DNA of 54,795 nt from Prorocentrum cordatum (GCA_963575745.1 CAUYUJ010000209.1:62001-116795), one strand, 5' to 3'; positions 13,840 through 27,800 are shown, counted from the first letter of the stretch. Notes: generated by a model from the letters alone, not told the origin. Translations and numbers: made by a program.

Positions 13840-15138
13840 TCCAACTATATGCAGTTGTGGGTACCGTAATTGTGAATATCTGCTTCGGTGAAGCTCCCTA
13901 TGGGGCCACGAAGCGCTGCACTGGGCGGGGGGGAACGCTGTACTGTGTGGGTGGTGTGCCGAGTTGGGTTTCCGGGACGCATGCGGACGGTCCCACTGAG
14001 GGCTTCGGTGGAGCTCAAAATGGGGCCACGAAGCGCTCTACTGAGTGAGCGAAAATGCCCAATGGGGCCTCCGGGACGCATGCGGACGGTCCCACTGGGG
14101 GCTTCGGTGGAGCCCCCTATGGGGCCACGAAACGCTGCACTGGGCGGGTGGAAATGCCAACTTCCATTTCCCGGACGCATACGGACGGTGGCACTGGGGC
14201 CCTGGGTGGAGCCCCCTATGGGGCCGCGAAACGCTGCACTGGGTGGGTGAAAATGCCAAATTGGGCTCCCGGGACGCATGCGGACGGGGGCACTGGGGCC
14301 TTCGGTGGAGCTCCCCGTGGGGCCACGAAACGCTGTACTGGGTGGGTGAAACGCAGAGAGGAGGGGGAGGAGGGCCACGAAACGCTGTCCTGGGTGTGCG
14401 GGACGCATGCGGACGGTAGCGCTGGGACCTTCGGTGGGGCTCCCTATGGGGCCACGAAACGCTGCAATGGGTGTTCGGGACGCACGCGGACGGTAGCACT
14501 GGGACCTGCGGTGGGGCTCCCTATGGGGCCACGAAGAGCTGTACTGGGTAGGTGAAACGAAGGAATGAAGAGGGCCACGAACCGCTGTACTGGTGTGCGG
14601 ACGCATGCGGACGGTAGCACTGGTCCTTCGGTGGGCTCCCTATGGGGCCACGAAACGCTGCAATGGGTTGCGGGACGCCATGCGGACGGTAGCACTGGGG
14701 CCTTGGGTGGGCCCCCTTATGGGGCCACGAAAAACCGCTGCACTGGGGTGTGCGTGAGCGCATGCGGGCGGTAGCACTAGGACCTTCGGTGGGGCTTCCC
14801 TATGGGGCCACGAACGCTGTACTGGGTGGGTGAAACGCAAGGGAGGAGGGGAGGAGGGCCACGAAACGCTGTACTGGGTGTGCGGGACGCATGCGGACGG
14901 TAGCACTGGGACCTTCGGTGGGGCTCCCTATGGGGCCACGAAACGCTGTACTGGGTGTGCGGGACGCATGCGGACGGTAGCACTAGGACCTTCGGTGGGG
15001 TTCCCTATGGGGCCACGAAACGCTGTACTGGGTGTGCGGGACGCATGCGGACGGTAGGGAGGAGGGGGGGCACGAGAGGAGGAGAATGCGGGGACCGTCT
15101 CTTCAAAAGGAGGACCCAACACCACAGGATGGTTGGGA
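13840..15138 (+). mobile_element. 1.3-kb non-autonomous element made of about 73-bp tandem units, copy 1
   Basis: Unit ccctatggggccacgaaacgctgtactgggtgtgcgggacgcatgcggacggtagcactgggaccttcggtggggct. Termini tccaactatatgcagttgtg and cacaggatggttggga are shared with the inverted copy at 51360-52415. Confidence 0.85.
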
Positions 15139-16299
15139 ACAAAAACCTTCTCCCTGTCGCACCACCAGGCGCCAGCCCCAACGCTTCGCTCGAGGCTTCC
15201 ACATAACTTCCGACTCTGCAGCTTCAAGCTCCTACTAGCTACGCAAATAGAGGCCAATATCTCATGGCGCTCTCGCCGTAAATCCGCGCACATTCGCTTT
15301 TAAAGGCTGTGAACAAATACGCGGCTGGAGGCAGGATTGTTTCCAGTGTGCAAGTTACCGCAGAAAAGTTCCAAACCAACGATCATGACGAACGTTAGAT
15401 GGTGCAACAGCCACACAGGTGGAGGGCGGTTCATTTTCAAAGTGAGCCTCTCGCTTCAGAAACCTTCCCATATTACAACTACGACAACGGCAGCCTGAAC
15501 AGCTGTAAGAGCTGTAAGCCCTTCGAGGCGAAGCTCTCGGCCCGAGGCGTCCTCGGGCTGCTCGACCAGACGTGCGTGCACGCGCACGGGCGACGCGGAC
15601 GGGACAGCTCTTCGTCAAAACGGGGCTCTCGCGAGACGCTTCGCTGAACTTGAACTTTCCTGCCCTTGGGGGACACCGAGAGGCACCGCTACCGCCTGCT
15701 GCCCGGACCTCTCTCCCGGGGGGGGTCCTGGCCAGGCTCTCGCGGCGAATGCAGCGGTGGCGACGAGGAATGCCCAGGAGGCCCAAAATCGGGAGCGGCC
15801 AAGAGGGGGGTGTCCAAGAGGGGGGGGGTGTAAATCATGACCGGCGGCATGTGCGCGGCCCAGCGGGGGGGCCAGGGACGTAATGAAACAAGAAGGGGCG
15901 CCACGAAATCTGGGGAAATATCATGGCCCGCTCCATGATATCCACCCCCCCTAGTCATCACCGCATGTAGGCCCAATCCCAACCCACTGGGCCCAATCCC
16001 AACCAACCGGGACCAATCCCAACCAGTGCGAAAAGCAAACTGGGCCCAATCCCAACCATCTTGGGATAGCCCTACAAAAGGATTTTAATTGTAGAGAAAC
16101 CCAAGACGACTGCGAAGACCAAGTGACACCCCTTCTGTCAACGCAGAGGATCTGGAAGCCAACACGCGTGCTCGAGTTGGAATTGGTCTCAATTTATGGT
16201 CTGCGCACGAGCGCTACGTTAAGATGAGCAAGAGGGCACCGAAGCGTAAGCAAAAACGCACCGAATTGCATCGATTCTAAAATATGCAAATGGATCCTC

Positions 16300-16413
16300 C
16301 TAGTAGTAGAAATAGTAGTAGTAGTGGTGGTAGCAGTAGTAGTCGTAATCGTAGTCGTAATAGTCGTAGAAGTCGTAGTAGAAGTAGTCGTAGTCGTAGT
16401 CATAGTCGTAGTC

Positions 16414-16463
<50 letters not shown>

Positions 16464-16491
16464 CGTCGTAGTAGTAGTAGTTGTAGTAGTT

Positions 16492-16522
<31 letters not shown>

Positions 16523-16554
16523 TAGTAGTAGTAGTAGTAGAGGTAGTAGTAGTG

Positions 16555-16594
<40 letters not shown>

Positions 16595-16596
16595 TA

Positions 16597-16639
<43 letters not shown>

Positions 16640-16681
16640 CAGTAGTAGTAGTAGTGCTCGTAGTAGTAGTAGTAGTAGTAA

Positions 16682-16735
<54 letters not shown>

Positions 16736-17116
16736 TGGTGGTAGCAGTAGTAGTCGAAATCGTAGTCGTAGTAGTCGTAGTAGTCGTAGCAGTCGTAGTA
16801 GTAGTCGTCGTAGTAGTAGTAGTAGTGGTCGAAGTAGCAGTAGTAGAAGTAGTAGTAGTGGTAGTAGTAGTGAAATAAAGAGCAATTGTAGTAGCAGTAG
16901 TAGCAGTAGTAGTAGTAGTAGTAGTTGTAGTAGTAGTAGTAGTAGTAGTGGTAGTAGTAGTAGTAGTATTAGAAGTAGTAGTAGAAGTAGTAGTAGTGGT
17001 GGTGGTAGTAGTAGTGCAAATAGTAGTAGTAGTAGTAGTAAGCCAGTATATGTAGTAGGGTAGTAGTAATATAGGTCGTAGTAGTAGTAGTAGTAGTAGT
17101 AGAAGTAGTAGGAGTA

Positions 17117-17153
<37 letters not shown>

Positions 17154-17215
17154 AAGTAGTAGTAGCAGTAGTAGTGGTGGTAGCAGTAGTAGTAGTAGTA
17201 GAAGTAGTAGGAGTA

Positions 17216-17252
<37 letters not shown>

Positions 17253-17422
17253 AAGTAGTAGTAGCAGTAGTAGTGGTGGTAGCAGTAGTAATCGAAATCG
17301 TAGTCGTAGTAGTCGTAGTAGTCGTAGTAGTAGTAGTAGTAGTCGTGGTAGTAGTCGTAGTCGTAGTAGTAGTAGTAATAGAAATAATAGAAGTAGTAGT
17401 AGTAGAAGTAGTAGTAGTGCTC

Positions 17423-17459
<37 letters not shown>

Positions 17460-17524
17460 CAGTAGTAGTCGAAATCGTAGTCGTAGTAGTCGTAGTAGTC
17501 GTAGCAGTCGTAGTAGTAGTAGTC

Positions 17525-17568
<44 letters not shown>

Positions 17569-17893
17569 CGAAGTAGCAGTAATAGAAGTAGTAGTAGTGG
17601 TAGTAGTAGTGAAATAAACAACACTTGTAGTAGCAGTAGTAGTAGTAGTAGAAGTAGTAGTAGTAGTGGTGGTAGTAGTAGTAGTACAAATGGTAGTAGT
17701 AGTAGTAGTAGTAGTAGCAGTGGTGGTGGCAATCGTAGTCGTAGCAAAAGTAGTCGTAGCCGTAGTCGTAGTTGTAGTAATCTTAATCGTAATAATTGTA
17801 GTAGTGGTACTCGTAGTAGCAGTAGTAATGGAAGCAGTAGTAATCATAGTCGTAAACGGTGTCGTAGTCGCAGTCGTAGTCGTAGTCGTGGTC

Positions 17894-17926
<33 letters not shown>

Positions 17927-17929
17927 CTA

Positions 17930-17965
<36 letters not shown>

Positions 17966-17986
17966 GTGGTGGTAGTCGTAGTAGTC

Positions 17987-18036
<50 letters not shown>

Positions 18037-18094
18037 CGTACTAGTCGTAGCACTATAGTAGTAGAAGTAGTAGTCGTAGTTGACATTAGTAGTA

Positions 18095-18168
<74 letters not shown>

Positions 18169-18183
18169 GTAGTAGTAGTAGTC

Positions 18184-18243
<60 letters not shown>

Positions 18244-18326
18244 TAGTCGTAGTAGCAGTAGTAGTAGTAGTAATACTCGTAGTAGTAGTGAAATAAGTAT
18301 AATAAGTAGTAGTAGCAGTAGTAGTA

Positions 18327-18363
<37 letters not shown>

Positions 18364-18671
18364 AAGGAGCAGTGGTGGTAGTAGTAGCCGCAGTAGAAGT
18401 AGTCGTAGTCGTAGGCGTGGTTGTAGTAGTCTTAGTCGTCATAGTGATAGTCGTAGTAGTAGTCGTAGTAGTAGTCGTAGTAATAGTAGTAGTAGTAGTA
18501 GTAGTAGTGGTAGTAGTAGTAGTAGTAGTAGTAGTAGTACTAGTAGTAGCAGTAGTAGTAATAGTAGTCGTCGTAGCCGGTGTCGTAGTCGTAATCGTGG
18601 TAGTAGTAGTAGTAGTAGAAGAAGTAGTAGTAGTGGTAGTAGTAGTAGTAGTAGTAGTAGACGTACGAGTC

Positions 18672-18709
<38 letters not shown>

Positions 18710-18830
18710 CGTAGTAGTAGTAGTAGTAGTAGTAGTCGTAGTAGTAGTAGTAGTAGTAGTAGCAGTAGTACTAGTAGTAGCAGTAGTAGTAATAGTAGTC
18801 GTCGTAGTCGGTGTCGTAGTCGTAATCGTG

Positions 18831-18867
<37 letters not shown>

Positions 18868-19008
18868 AAGTAGTAGTGGTGGTAGTAGTAGTAGTAGACG
18901 TAGGAGTCGTAGTAGTAATAGTAGTAGTAGTAGTAGTAGTCGTAGTAGTAGAATTCGTAACATCATTTGTATTAGTATTAGTAGTAGTAGTAATAGTAGT
19001 AGTCATCT

Positions 19009-19042
<34 letters not shown>

Positions 19043-19043
19043 C

Positions 19044-19097
<54 letters not shown>

Positions 19098-19130
19098 ATA
19101 GTAGTAGTAGTAGTAGTGGTAGTGGTAAGT
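16300..19130. repeat. 2.8-kb degenerate (TAG)n tract with internal block duplications
   Basis: Direct reading. The landmark gtagtgaaataa recurs at about 16868, 17607 and 18286. Confidence 0.95.
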
Positions 19131-19134
19131 GGTA

Positions 19135-19560
19135 TTCGAAGGAATCTGGTGGTAATAGTGATAGGAATCCAAAAGGAATTCCCAAGAATCCGAAGGAATC
19201 CATAGGAATTCCGAAGAATCCAAAGGAATCCGTAGGAATTCCGAAGAAATTCCGAAGAATCAGAAGGACGGCTGAGGAATTCCGAAGAATCCAAAGGAGT
19301 CCTGAGGAATTCCGAAGGAGGAATCCAAAGGAATTCCGAAGGAGGATTCCAAAGGAATTCCGAAGGAGGATTCCAAAGGAATTCCGAAGGAGGAATCCAA
19401 ATGAATTCCGAAGGAGGAATCCAAAGGAATTCCGAAGGAGGAAGCCAAAGGAATTCCAAAGAATTCCGAAGGAATCCCAAGGAATTCCGAAGGAGTCCTA
19501 AAGAATCCTCAGGAATTCCGAAGAATTCGAAGGGATCCGGAGGAATTCCGAAGATCCCAT
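19135..19560. repeat. GGAATTCC-based tandem repeat (24-bp unit aggaattccgaaggaggaatccaa)
   Basis: Direct reading. Confidence 0.9.
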
Positions 19561-20339
19561 CCGTGGTTGGAATTGGTCTCATTTTTGGTTGGGTTGGAAT
19601 TGGTCTCATTTGTGGTTGGAATTGGTCTCTTTTCTGGTTGCAATTCGCTCCGAACGGTTGGAATTGGGACTAGTCGGTTGTAATTCGTACCATTTCGAGT
19701 CATCACCCCCCTCTTTTCCGCTCCCGACAAAAAGGGGAAAACGAGGGAAGGGTAGAGGTACAGTGCCGGTTTTAATGCATGCTCCGCGTGCGGACCATGT
19801 ATGAAAAATGCAGGGTTTAGTATTACAAACAACGATGAGTTCATGCGTAAGTTCATTCATACATCAATCATGTATTAGGAATCCTATAGTTTAAAAATCC
19901 TATGTAGTAAAAACTGCCCTGCATAGGTACCGTTTCCTCCTCGGAGTCCTTTGCCTCTTGCGCAGTCCGTGCCCTTCGGCCGGGGGGATGCGGGGCACGT
20001 CTCCCTCGACCGGGAGCGCTCGCGCCCGCACGGCAGGCCCGCGGGCCGCCCGTCCCTCCAGGAGGCCCTGCGGGGGCCCGGGGACGGGAGGGTGCGCTGC
20101 AGCATCGTTGGGGAGCGTTTCGCTTACGCCAGTCCTCCTCCTCCTCCTCCTCCTCCTCCTCCTCCTCCTCCTCCTCCTCCTCCTCCTCCTGCTGATGCTC
20201 CTCCTCATCACCCTCCTCTTCCGTCCCCTTTTCCGGTGCGATGCGCCCTCCGCGTCGCACGCCCAGGCGTGTCGGCAGGGTGGGCTGGACGTTCCGCCTG
20301 AGACGACCCCGGCATGTGTGATCCTGAGGCGCGGACTGC

Positions 20340-20800
20340 GCAGCAGCTGCACGGATGGAGGGCGGGTCGTCTTCAAAATGTGGCTCTCGCATTAGAGCCG
20401 CACGCATTCGTCGTAAAAGGTCGCAGCAGCTTCACGGATGGATGACAGGTGGCCTCCAACGTGTGGCGACCGCTGGAGCGCCGCGCACACTCGCCCCAAA
20501 CGCTTGCAACGGCCTCCAATCACGGAAGGCGGCTCGTTTTCAAAATGTGGTTCTTGCCTGAGATCCGCGCACGTTCGTCTTAAATGTTTGCAGTGGTGTC
20601 ATGGATGAAGTGCGGCTAGTTTTCGAAAATGTGACTCTCGCCTGAGCGCCGCGCGCTTTCGTTTTAAAGGTGTGCAGCAGTTGTGAGGACGAAGGGCGGC
20701 TCGATTTCAAAATGTGGCTCTCGCCTTAGCACCGCGCGCATTCGTCGTAAAAGTTCGCGAGCGGTTCAAAGATCCGTGTGGCCGAAGTCCCAAGAATGGC
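20340..20800. repeat. Degenerate 82-bp minisatellite (ttcaaaatgtggctctcgcc..gcgcattcgtc)
   Basis: The core recurs at about 20372, 20539, 20624 and 20706. The same family occurs at 22770-23490 and 15150-15470. Confidence 0.8.
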
Positions 20801-21449
20801 GCTCTGACACGATTTAGGGCTGTCCGAACGCACCCGTCATGGTAAGTCGCCGTGCTGAAGTCTGGGGAACCGCGTTCTGGCACGATTCGGGATTGCCAGA
20901 ACGCAACCCTCATGCAGTCGCGTTGATCTGCGGCGCCGAAGTGCCAAGAAAGCTGCTTTGGCGCGATGGGGAATCCTCCGACGGTTGTGTTCCCGCAATG
21001 AAACTAGCCTCATGTGAGACCCATGAAGGCTGAACGCGGAGGGAGGGTTTACTGCAACATCGTTGATGCGCCTTGCGTTTACACTGGTCATCCTCCTCGT
21101 CCTGGTCCTCCTCCTCCTCCTCTTCCTCCTCCTCCTCCTACTCCTCCTCCTCTTCCTCATCCTCCTCTTATTCCTCCTACTCCACCTCCTCCTCCTCACC
21201 CACCTCCTCCTGATCCCCCTCTCGGGTGTTGCCACAGGTGTCCCTGGCCCAAGCAGTCCCAAGGATTTCTGGGGGTGCCCAGGTTGCCTTCATAGCACCC
21301 CACACGAGGCACAGAGGGGCCCGGGGGCTCTGACACAACGACTCGCAGGGGGCACCTTGGGCCAGGGACACCGTTGGTACCCCCCACCTCCGCCCCGCAC
21401 TTCCTCTTCACAATCCGCAATGCGCTTCCCCTACTCCCTCCCATGAGCT

Positions 21450-21602
21450 CCTCATCATCATCATCATCATCCTCCTCTTGCTCCTCCTCCTCCCCCTCCT
21501 CCTCCGAACCCCCTGCCACATCGTCATCACAACCATCATGCTCATCATAATCAGCATCATAGTCACCAGCAACATCATCATCATCATCATCATCATCATC
21601 AG

Positions 21603-21659
<57 letters not shown>

Positions 21660-22375
21660 CAGCATCATCGTCATCATCATCATGATCAGCAGCAGCACCA
21701 GCGTCATCCTCCTCATGTTCACCATCACCATCGTCATCAGCATCGTCGTCCTCATCATCATCATCAGCAGCGTCATCGTCGTCGTCATCATCAGCATCAC
21801 GAAAGTCATCGACATCGTCATCGCAGCCACTCATCCTCATCATCAGCGGCATCATCATCACCATCATCATCAGCATCAGCAGCAGCAACATCATCATCAC
21901 CATGGACGTCGTCGTCGTCGCCAACATCACCATCACCATCATCAGAATTACCATCGTCATCACCATCACCATCCCCAGCCGTGTCATCAGCAGCGGCATC
22001 ATCAACATCATCAGCATCACCATCATCAACACCACCATCATGATCGGCATGCTCATCACCATCATCACCATCATCACCATCATCATCAGCATGATCAGCA
22101 TCATCCTCATCATCATCAACATCATCAGCAGCATCATCGTCATTGTCGAAGGCATCGTCCTCCTGCTCAGTACCTCTGCAACCTCATCCGCTTCCTTCTC
22201 CTCCACGTATTCTCCGTCTTCCTCCTGCCACCATCGCCGACATCGCCATCGCAGTCAGCATCAGCAGCAGCAACATCATCACCACATTGCGCATCGTCAT
22301 ACTTGTTATCATCCACCACCTTGTACGCATACCCATTGTCATCGTCAACATCGTCAGCATCGACAGCATCATCAA

Positions 22376-22432
<57 letters not shown>

Positions 22433-22630
22433 GATCGTCATCATCATCCTATTCTTCTTCAGCGCCAGCGTCATCAGCATCATCGTCATCATACTTATCA
22501 TCATCAGCAGCAGCAGCATCAGCGCCATCATCATCGTCAACATTACCACCATCATCGTCATCAGCATCACCAACATCAACAGCATTATCAGTACCGTCAT
22601 CACCACCATCATCAGCATCGGCATCATCAT
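21450..22630. repeat. Degenerate (CAT)n microsatellite
   Basis: Direct reading. Confidence 0.95.
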
Positions 22631-22769
22631 CAGATCCGCCTCCTCCCTCCTCCCCATGAACCACTGTTCTTGTAGATAGCCCCTCGCCCTGCCTGCCACA
22701 TCCCAAGACGTGTCGGTAAGTCGGGACGGGTGTCTCGACATGGACCACCTATGACCATGAAGTTTGGAA

Positions 22770-23490
22770 CCTGCAACACTTTCAGGGATGGAAGGGCAGC
22801 CTCTTCAAAATAGAGCATTCGCCTTAGCACAGCGCACACTCGTTTTGGAAAGCCTACAACAGCCATAAATGGAAAGGGGACCGTGTCCAAAATGGAGCTC
22901 TCGCCTCAGCGCAGCGCACATTCGTCTTACACGTTTGGAACATCTATGAGGATGGGGGGGTGCGTTTTCGACATCAGCCGCTCGCCTCGGCGCCGCACGC
23001 ATTCGTCTGCAAATTTTGCAACGCCTGCCAGGATTGAGCGGGGTCGCTTTCAAAATGGAGCCATCGCCTCAGCACCTCGCACAATCATCCTAGAACTTTG
23101 CAGCATCTGCAAAGATGGAAGGGCCATTCTCAAATGACGACTGAAGACCTCGCTGTAGCGACGCGCACGGCCTTCCTAAAATATGGGATCGTTTTCAAAA
23201 TGGGGCTGTCGCGTTCGCGACGCGCACATTCGTCTCAAGATTGTGTAGCAGCTGCGAAGATGGGGTGCGATGCCGCTTCAAAGCGAGGCTCTCGGCTCTG
23301 CGCCACGCACACTGGACACAACAGCTTGCACGAGGTAGGGATGGAGAACGGCTCCTTTTCAAATTTGGCGTGCCACTGCAGACTTTCTTAAATGTCGTAC
23401 TCTGGATATCAGAAGCTTGGACATGTGCAACAACTGAACGGATCGAGGGCGGCTCCTTTTCAAGATGGGGCTATCGCTTCAGGTTCTCGA
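22770..23490. repeat. Degenerate 82-bp minisatellite, same family, about 9 units
   Basis: The core recurs roughly every 80-84 bp from 22804 to 23460. Confidence 0.8.
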
Positions 23491-23749
23491 AGTTCGTGAC
23501 CTGAAACGCGAAGTTGAGCAGCAATGACACGGATAGGGGCAATCAGTTTCTCAGAACCGGCATATCGCTGGATACCTCGCTGGACTGCATGATCATACCT
23601 TCGCGCATTCCTCATCATCCTCTAGAAGGATGTAAGGCAGTTCCTTTCCAGCCCTTAGGGAGCTGATACTTCTAAGGCATGCTTCTTATTGCGAACAGGA
23701 AGCATCGCAGGGACCTATGAGAAGGGAACTTCGGACAGGAAAAGACGTA

Positions 23750-23858
23750 CTGCAGCATTGTTGATGCATCGAGGAGGAAGGGCAGACTGGAGCATGGGGA
23801 GGGATGAGAAGGAGGAGGAGGACCATAATAAACTCATGATGCATCAACGATGCTGCAG
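23750..23858. mobile_element. 109-bp Tc1/mariner-like MITE (TA TSD)
   Basis: 21-bp TIRs ctgcagcatYgttgatgcatc with TA on both sides. Solo TIR-like copies occur at about 12196, 20097 and 21052. Confidence 0.8.
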
Positions 23859-24050
23859 TACACCCTCCCGCCCGAAGTCACATCCTCAAGATTCCCTCCA
23901 AGTAATCCCTTCCACTGCGGGAAGCGCGCCCCTTGAATCACGAGAGCCTGGTGGGCTGGCCACTCGGAGGAGGCCCTGTTCTGTAAAGGATCGGCTCTGC
24001 ATCCTTCTACCAGAGAGTGACGGGACCCGAACAGGAAAGAACGAGTAGAA

Positions 24051-24218
24051 TTAGGTCGGGCCTGTCCCCCGGGGGATTTTCGACGAACGATTTAAAAAAA
24101 ATCCAAAAATAGACTGGGGACTATTTTTGGGGTATTGTTTGACCCTTTGGGGGTAATGTTTGGGGTCTTCAAAATTTTTCGTCGAAAATCCCCCTGTAGG
24201 GGGACACGCCCGACACAA
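24051..24218. mobile_element. 168-bp TIR element flanked by 46-bp direct repeats
   Basis: TIRs ttaggtcgggcctgtccccc..gattttcgacgaa and ttcgtcgaaaatccccctgtagggggacacgcccgacacaa. Flanks 24005-24050 and 24219-24264 match at 41/46. Confidence 0.85.
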
Positions 24219-24726
24219 TTCTACCGGAAAGTGACGGAACCCGAACAGGGAAGAATGAGTAGAACAGGAAGAAGACTAAACATCTACAAAAACAGGAGCT
24301 GTCGGAGGTCCGTGCGGATTCCTTGGGCCGGCGCTGAGACCCCCTCCCTCCGCTCCGGTGCCGCCCGGGGGGGTGCCAAGCGCCGAGCCAAGAACTCTGG
24401 GCGGACCTTCGAAAGTTCATACCTGGGCAGTTCTTCTCTTCGGAAGGAGGAAGAGGAAGAGGAGGAGGAGGAGGAGGAGGAGGACGAGGCGAAGGAGGGG
24501 GAGGAGGAAGAGCGGAACAGGGAAATGAGCGGAGAGACGAGGAGCAGGAAACACCAAAACCATCTCGGCCGAGACTCGATGCACCCGCTTTTCCGTCCCG
24601 ACCCCCTCCCCACAGGGCCAGCTTCTCGCCCCGAGCAGCCTTCACGGCCCCGGGGCCCGAGACCCCCGGAGGCCGCACACTGCCAGAAAAAGCAGCCGCC
24701 GTGAACGTCCTCCCGGCGCGGGGATC

Positions 24727-24970
24727 TCCTCCTCCTCCTCCTCCTCCTCCTCCTCCTCCTCCTCCTCCTCCTCCTCCTCCTCCTCCTAATCCTCCTCCTC
24801 CCTCCTCCTCCTCCTCCTCCTCCTCCTCCTCCTCCTCCTCCTCCTTTCCCTCGTCCTCCTCCTCCTCCTCCTCCTCCTCCTCCTCTCCTCCTCCACCTCC
24901 ACCTCCGCCTCCTCCTCTCCTCCTCCTCCACCTCCCCCTCCCCCCCTCCCCCCCCCCACCCCCTCCCCCT
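24727..24970. repeat. (CCT)n microsatellite
   Basis: Direct reading. Confidence 0.95.
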
Positions 24971-26034
24971 CCGCGAGGACGTCAGGCCCCCAGCGCCGGG
25001 CCTTCGATGCGCCCGGCGCCGACGCAGTTGCTCACCGGGTACTCGGCGCTGAGGCCCTCGGACTTGCCCCTGGCGCGCCAAGCGCGGCAGGTCTGCACCG
25101 TGCGGAGGGGGGCGGGGCTGCCCCCCTGCGGAGCGGCCAGGCAGGCCGAGGAGCGAGGATCGGGGGCCGAGGAGAAGTGGCGCACAGGGGTCGAGGAGCG
25201 CGGAGGAGGGTCGAGGGCCGAGGGACTAGGATCGAGGAACGAGCGCCGGTGAGGCAGGTCGAGGAGCGAGGACCGAGGTTCGTCGGGATGATTGGCCTCT
25301 TCTTCTGCACGAAGCATGGCGCCCACTCATCGCAAGATCAGCTAGCGCGCCAGGATGCACGACAGCGCCATGCGAGCAAGCGCCATGCAAGCATCGGGCC
25401 GCATCGGATAGTCGGAACATCGGAATCTAATCGGATCGAGCCTGCCAAACCATCAAAGCAAACCTTGAGTGCCGATAAGGCAGGTCGCGGAAGAGGATCC
25501 AGGTACGTGGATAGTTGGGGATGGCTCTTCTATGCGAAACACGACGCACAGTTCTCCACAATGAAGCACGCACTGCACTATAGACATCGAGCACTGTGAC
25601 AATATCATCTTGCGATGGGATGGATCCCCCACACGGGCAATCGGCAGGGAAAATGGGAGCGCCAATACTAAGACCGACGAACGGTTGAAGCGGTGGCGGC
25701 GCTTGAAGCACAGCGCCGTGCCAGAGGCGTCGCGCGGACAGTGCCAGTCTGCCAAATATGAAGCGGGAGGAGCAGGCCACAGGAAAGAGGATGTCTCTTT
25801 CCCTGATGGTGGGGCCTCTGGAAGCCTCCAGGACCTCTCGACCTCTTCCCCCACGGCCGGCCTCTCCTCCCGAGCCGATGCTTGACGGCCCCGGTGGCCG
25901 AAACCGACCCGCTCAGGCCACGGATGGCGACAGGCTGGCCGCCTCGATTGTCGAGGCGCTGGATGCCTGGGGCCCTTCTCCTCGCCTCCTCTCGGCGGCG
26001 GGCCCTGCGGGGGCGGGTCTTCTCGGAAGGCTCA

Positions 26035-26125
26035 GGAGACCTCCCGCCTTCTGAGAAGCCTTCTCCGCCGCCTTCTGAGAAGGCCTGCCCCTTCTCTCCC
26101 ACTTCCACTCTCGGCGCGCCGCCGA
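26035..26125. mobile_element. Partial copy of the 38260-38463 MITE family
   Basis: ccgccgccttctgagaaggcct...cgccgccga resembles 38408-38463. The other end was not found. Confidence 0.55.
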
Positions 26126-26783
26126 ATTCACCTCCGTGGACCTCACCTTGTGATCTACACATGTAAATAAACATCTTCGAATACTCTTACATCGGGAAAC
26201 CCCGGGTCGTCTCCCACCCCGTGCAGAAATCCAGCTCGGGCGCTCCCGCCGGCCAGAAATAAGATGTTCCGTTCTGGAGGCCCCTTCCAGCCTTTCTTGC
26301 CTGCCCGAGCGGGCCCCAGATCGCCTCCTGCCTGCTCTGTCGCACGGAGCTCCGAAACGGCCCAAGAGCGCTGCAATGCGCCCGAGAAAACCTCAAGACG
26401 ACCCAAACGGCCGCTAAGACGCCCCACGAGGGCTCCAAGATGACTCCCAAGGGGGCCTTAGATGGTGTGTAAGTTTCCGTGCGTTTCCCAAGATTCTGAC
26501 GTATCTTTTGTTTCCGAATTGTCACCGCCCAAGACGGCCCAAGAGGCCCCCAAGATCGCCCCAGTACGACCCAAGAGGATCCTAAGAGGGCCCCAAGACA
26601 GACCAAGAGGACCCCAAGACGGACCAAGAGGGTCCAATTGCGAGCCAGTCCCAAAAAATGTTGTCGCCGAGATTACCGAGAGGGCCCCAAGAGGCCTTAA
26701 GAGGCCCCCGAGAGGCGCCCAAGAGGCCGCCAAACAGACCCTAAGAGGCCCAACTAATCCATGTTCGCCTCAGCAATCTTCCC

Positions 26784-26914
26784 GTCCTCCTCCTCCTCCT
26801 CCTCCTCCTCCTCCTCCTCCTCCTAATCCTCCTCCTCTTCCTCTTCCGCTTCCTCCTCATCCTCCTCCTCCTCGTCCTCCTCCTCCACCTCCGCCCCATG
26901 CTCCTCCTCCTCGT

Positions 26915-26945
<31 letters not shown>

Positions 26946-27103
26946 CTGGCCCTCCTCCTCATCCTCATCCTCCTCCTCCTGGCCCTCCTCCTCCTCCTCC
27001 TCCTCATCCTCCTCATTATCGTTATCATCAGCAGCAGCATCTGAATCATCATCATCATCAGCAGCAGCAGCATCGGCATCAGCATCAGCATGATCATGAT
27101 CAG

Positions 27104-27162
<59 letters not shown>

Positions 27163-27172
27163 TCAGCATCAG

Positions 27173-27234
<62 letters not shown>

Positions 27235-27240
27235 CCATCG

Positions 27241-27276
<36 letters not shown>

Positions 27277-27800
27277 ACATCATCATCATCATCATCATCA
27301 TCGTCATCATCAGCATCATCATCATTATCATCAGCATCAGCATCATCATCATCGGCAGCATCAACAGCATCAGCATCATCATCGACGTCATCATCATCAT
27401 CGTCGTCGTCAGCATCCTCATAATCATCAGCACCACCATCATCATCCTCATCATCATCATAATCAGTATTGCCATCATATCCACAGTCAGCATCACCAGC
27501 ATCGTCACCGTAGTCATCATAAGCATCGTCACCGCCAGCATCAGCAACAGCAGCATCATCATCAATATTACCAGCATCATCATCAACAAAATCATCATAA
27601 TCATCATCACGACCATCATCAACATAATCTTCATCATCAGCATCAGCATCATGGTCATCATCATCAACATTATCATCAGCACCATCATCGTCATCGTCAT
27701 CGTCATCATCATTATCAGCATCACCACCATCATCATCAGCACCATCGCCATCGTCATCGTCATCGTCAGTGCCATCGTCATCGTCATCGTTATCGTCGGC
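26784..27800. repeat. (CCT)n plus degenerate (CAT)n microsatellite
   Basis: Direct reading. Confidence 0.95.

Noticed and set aside
13880..15060. CRISPR-like look of regularly spaced repeats (also 28670-29790 and 34952-35168)
   Set aside because: The whole unit repeats, so there are no unique spacers. No cas genes are present and the context is eukaryotic.
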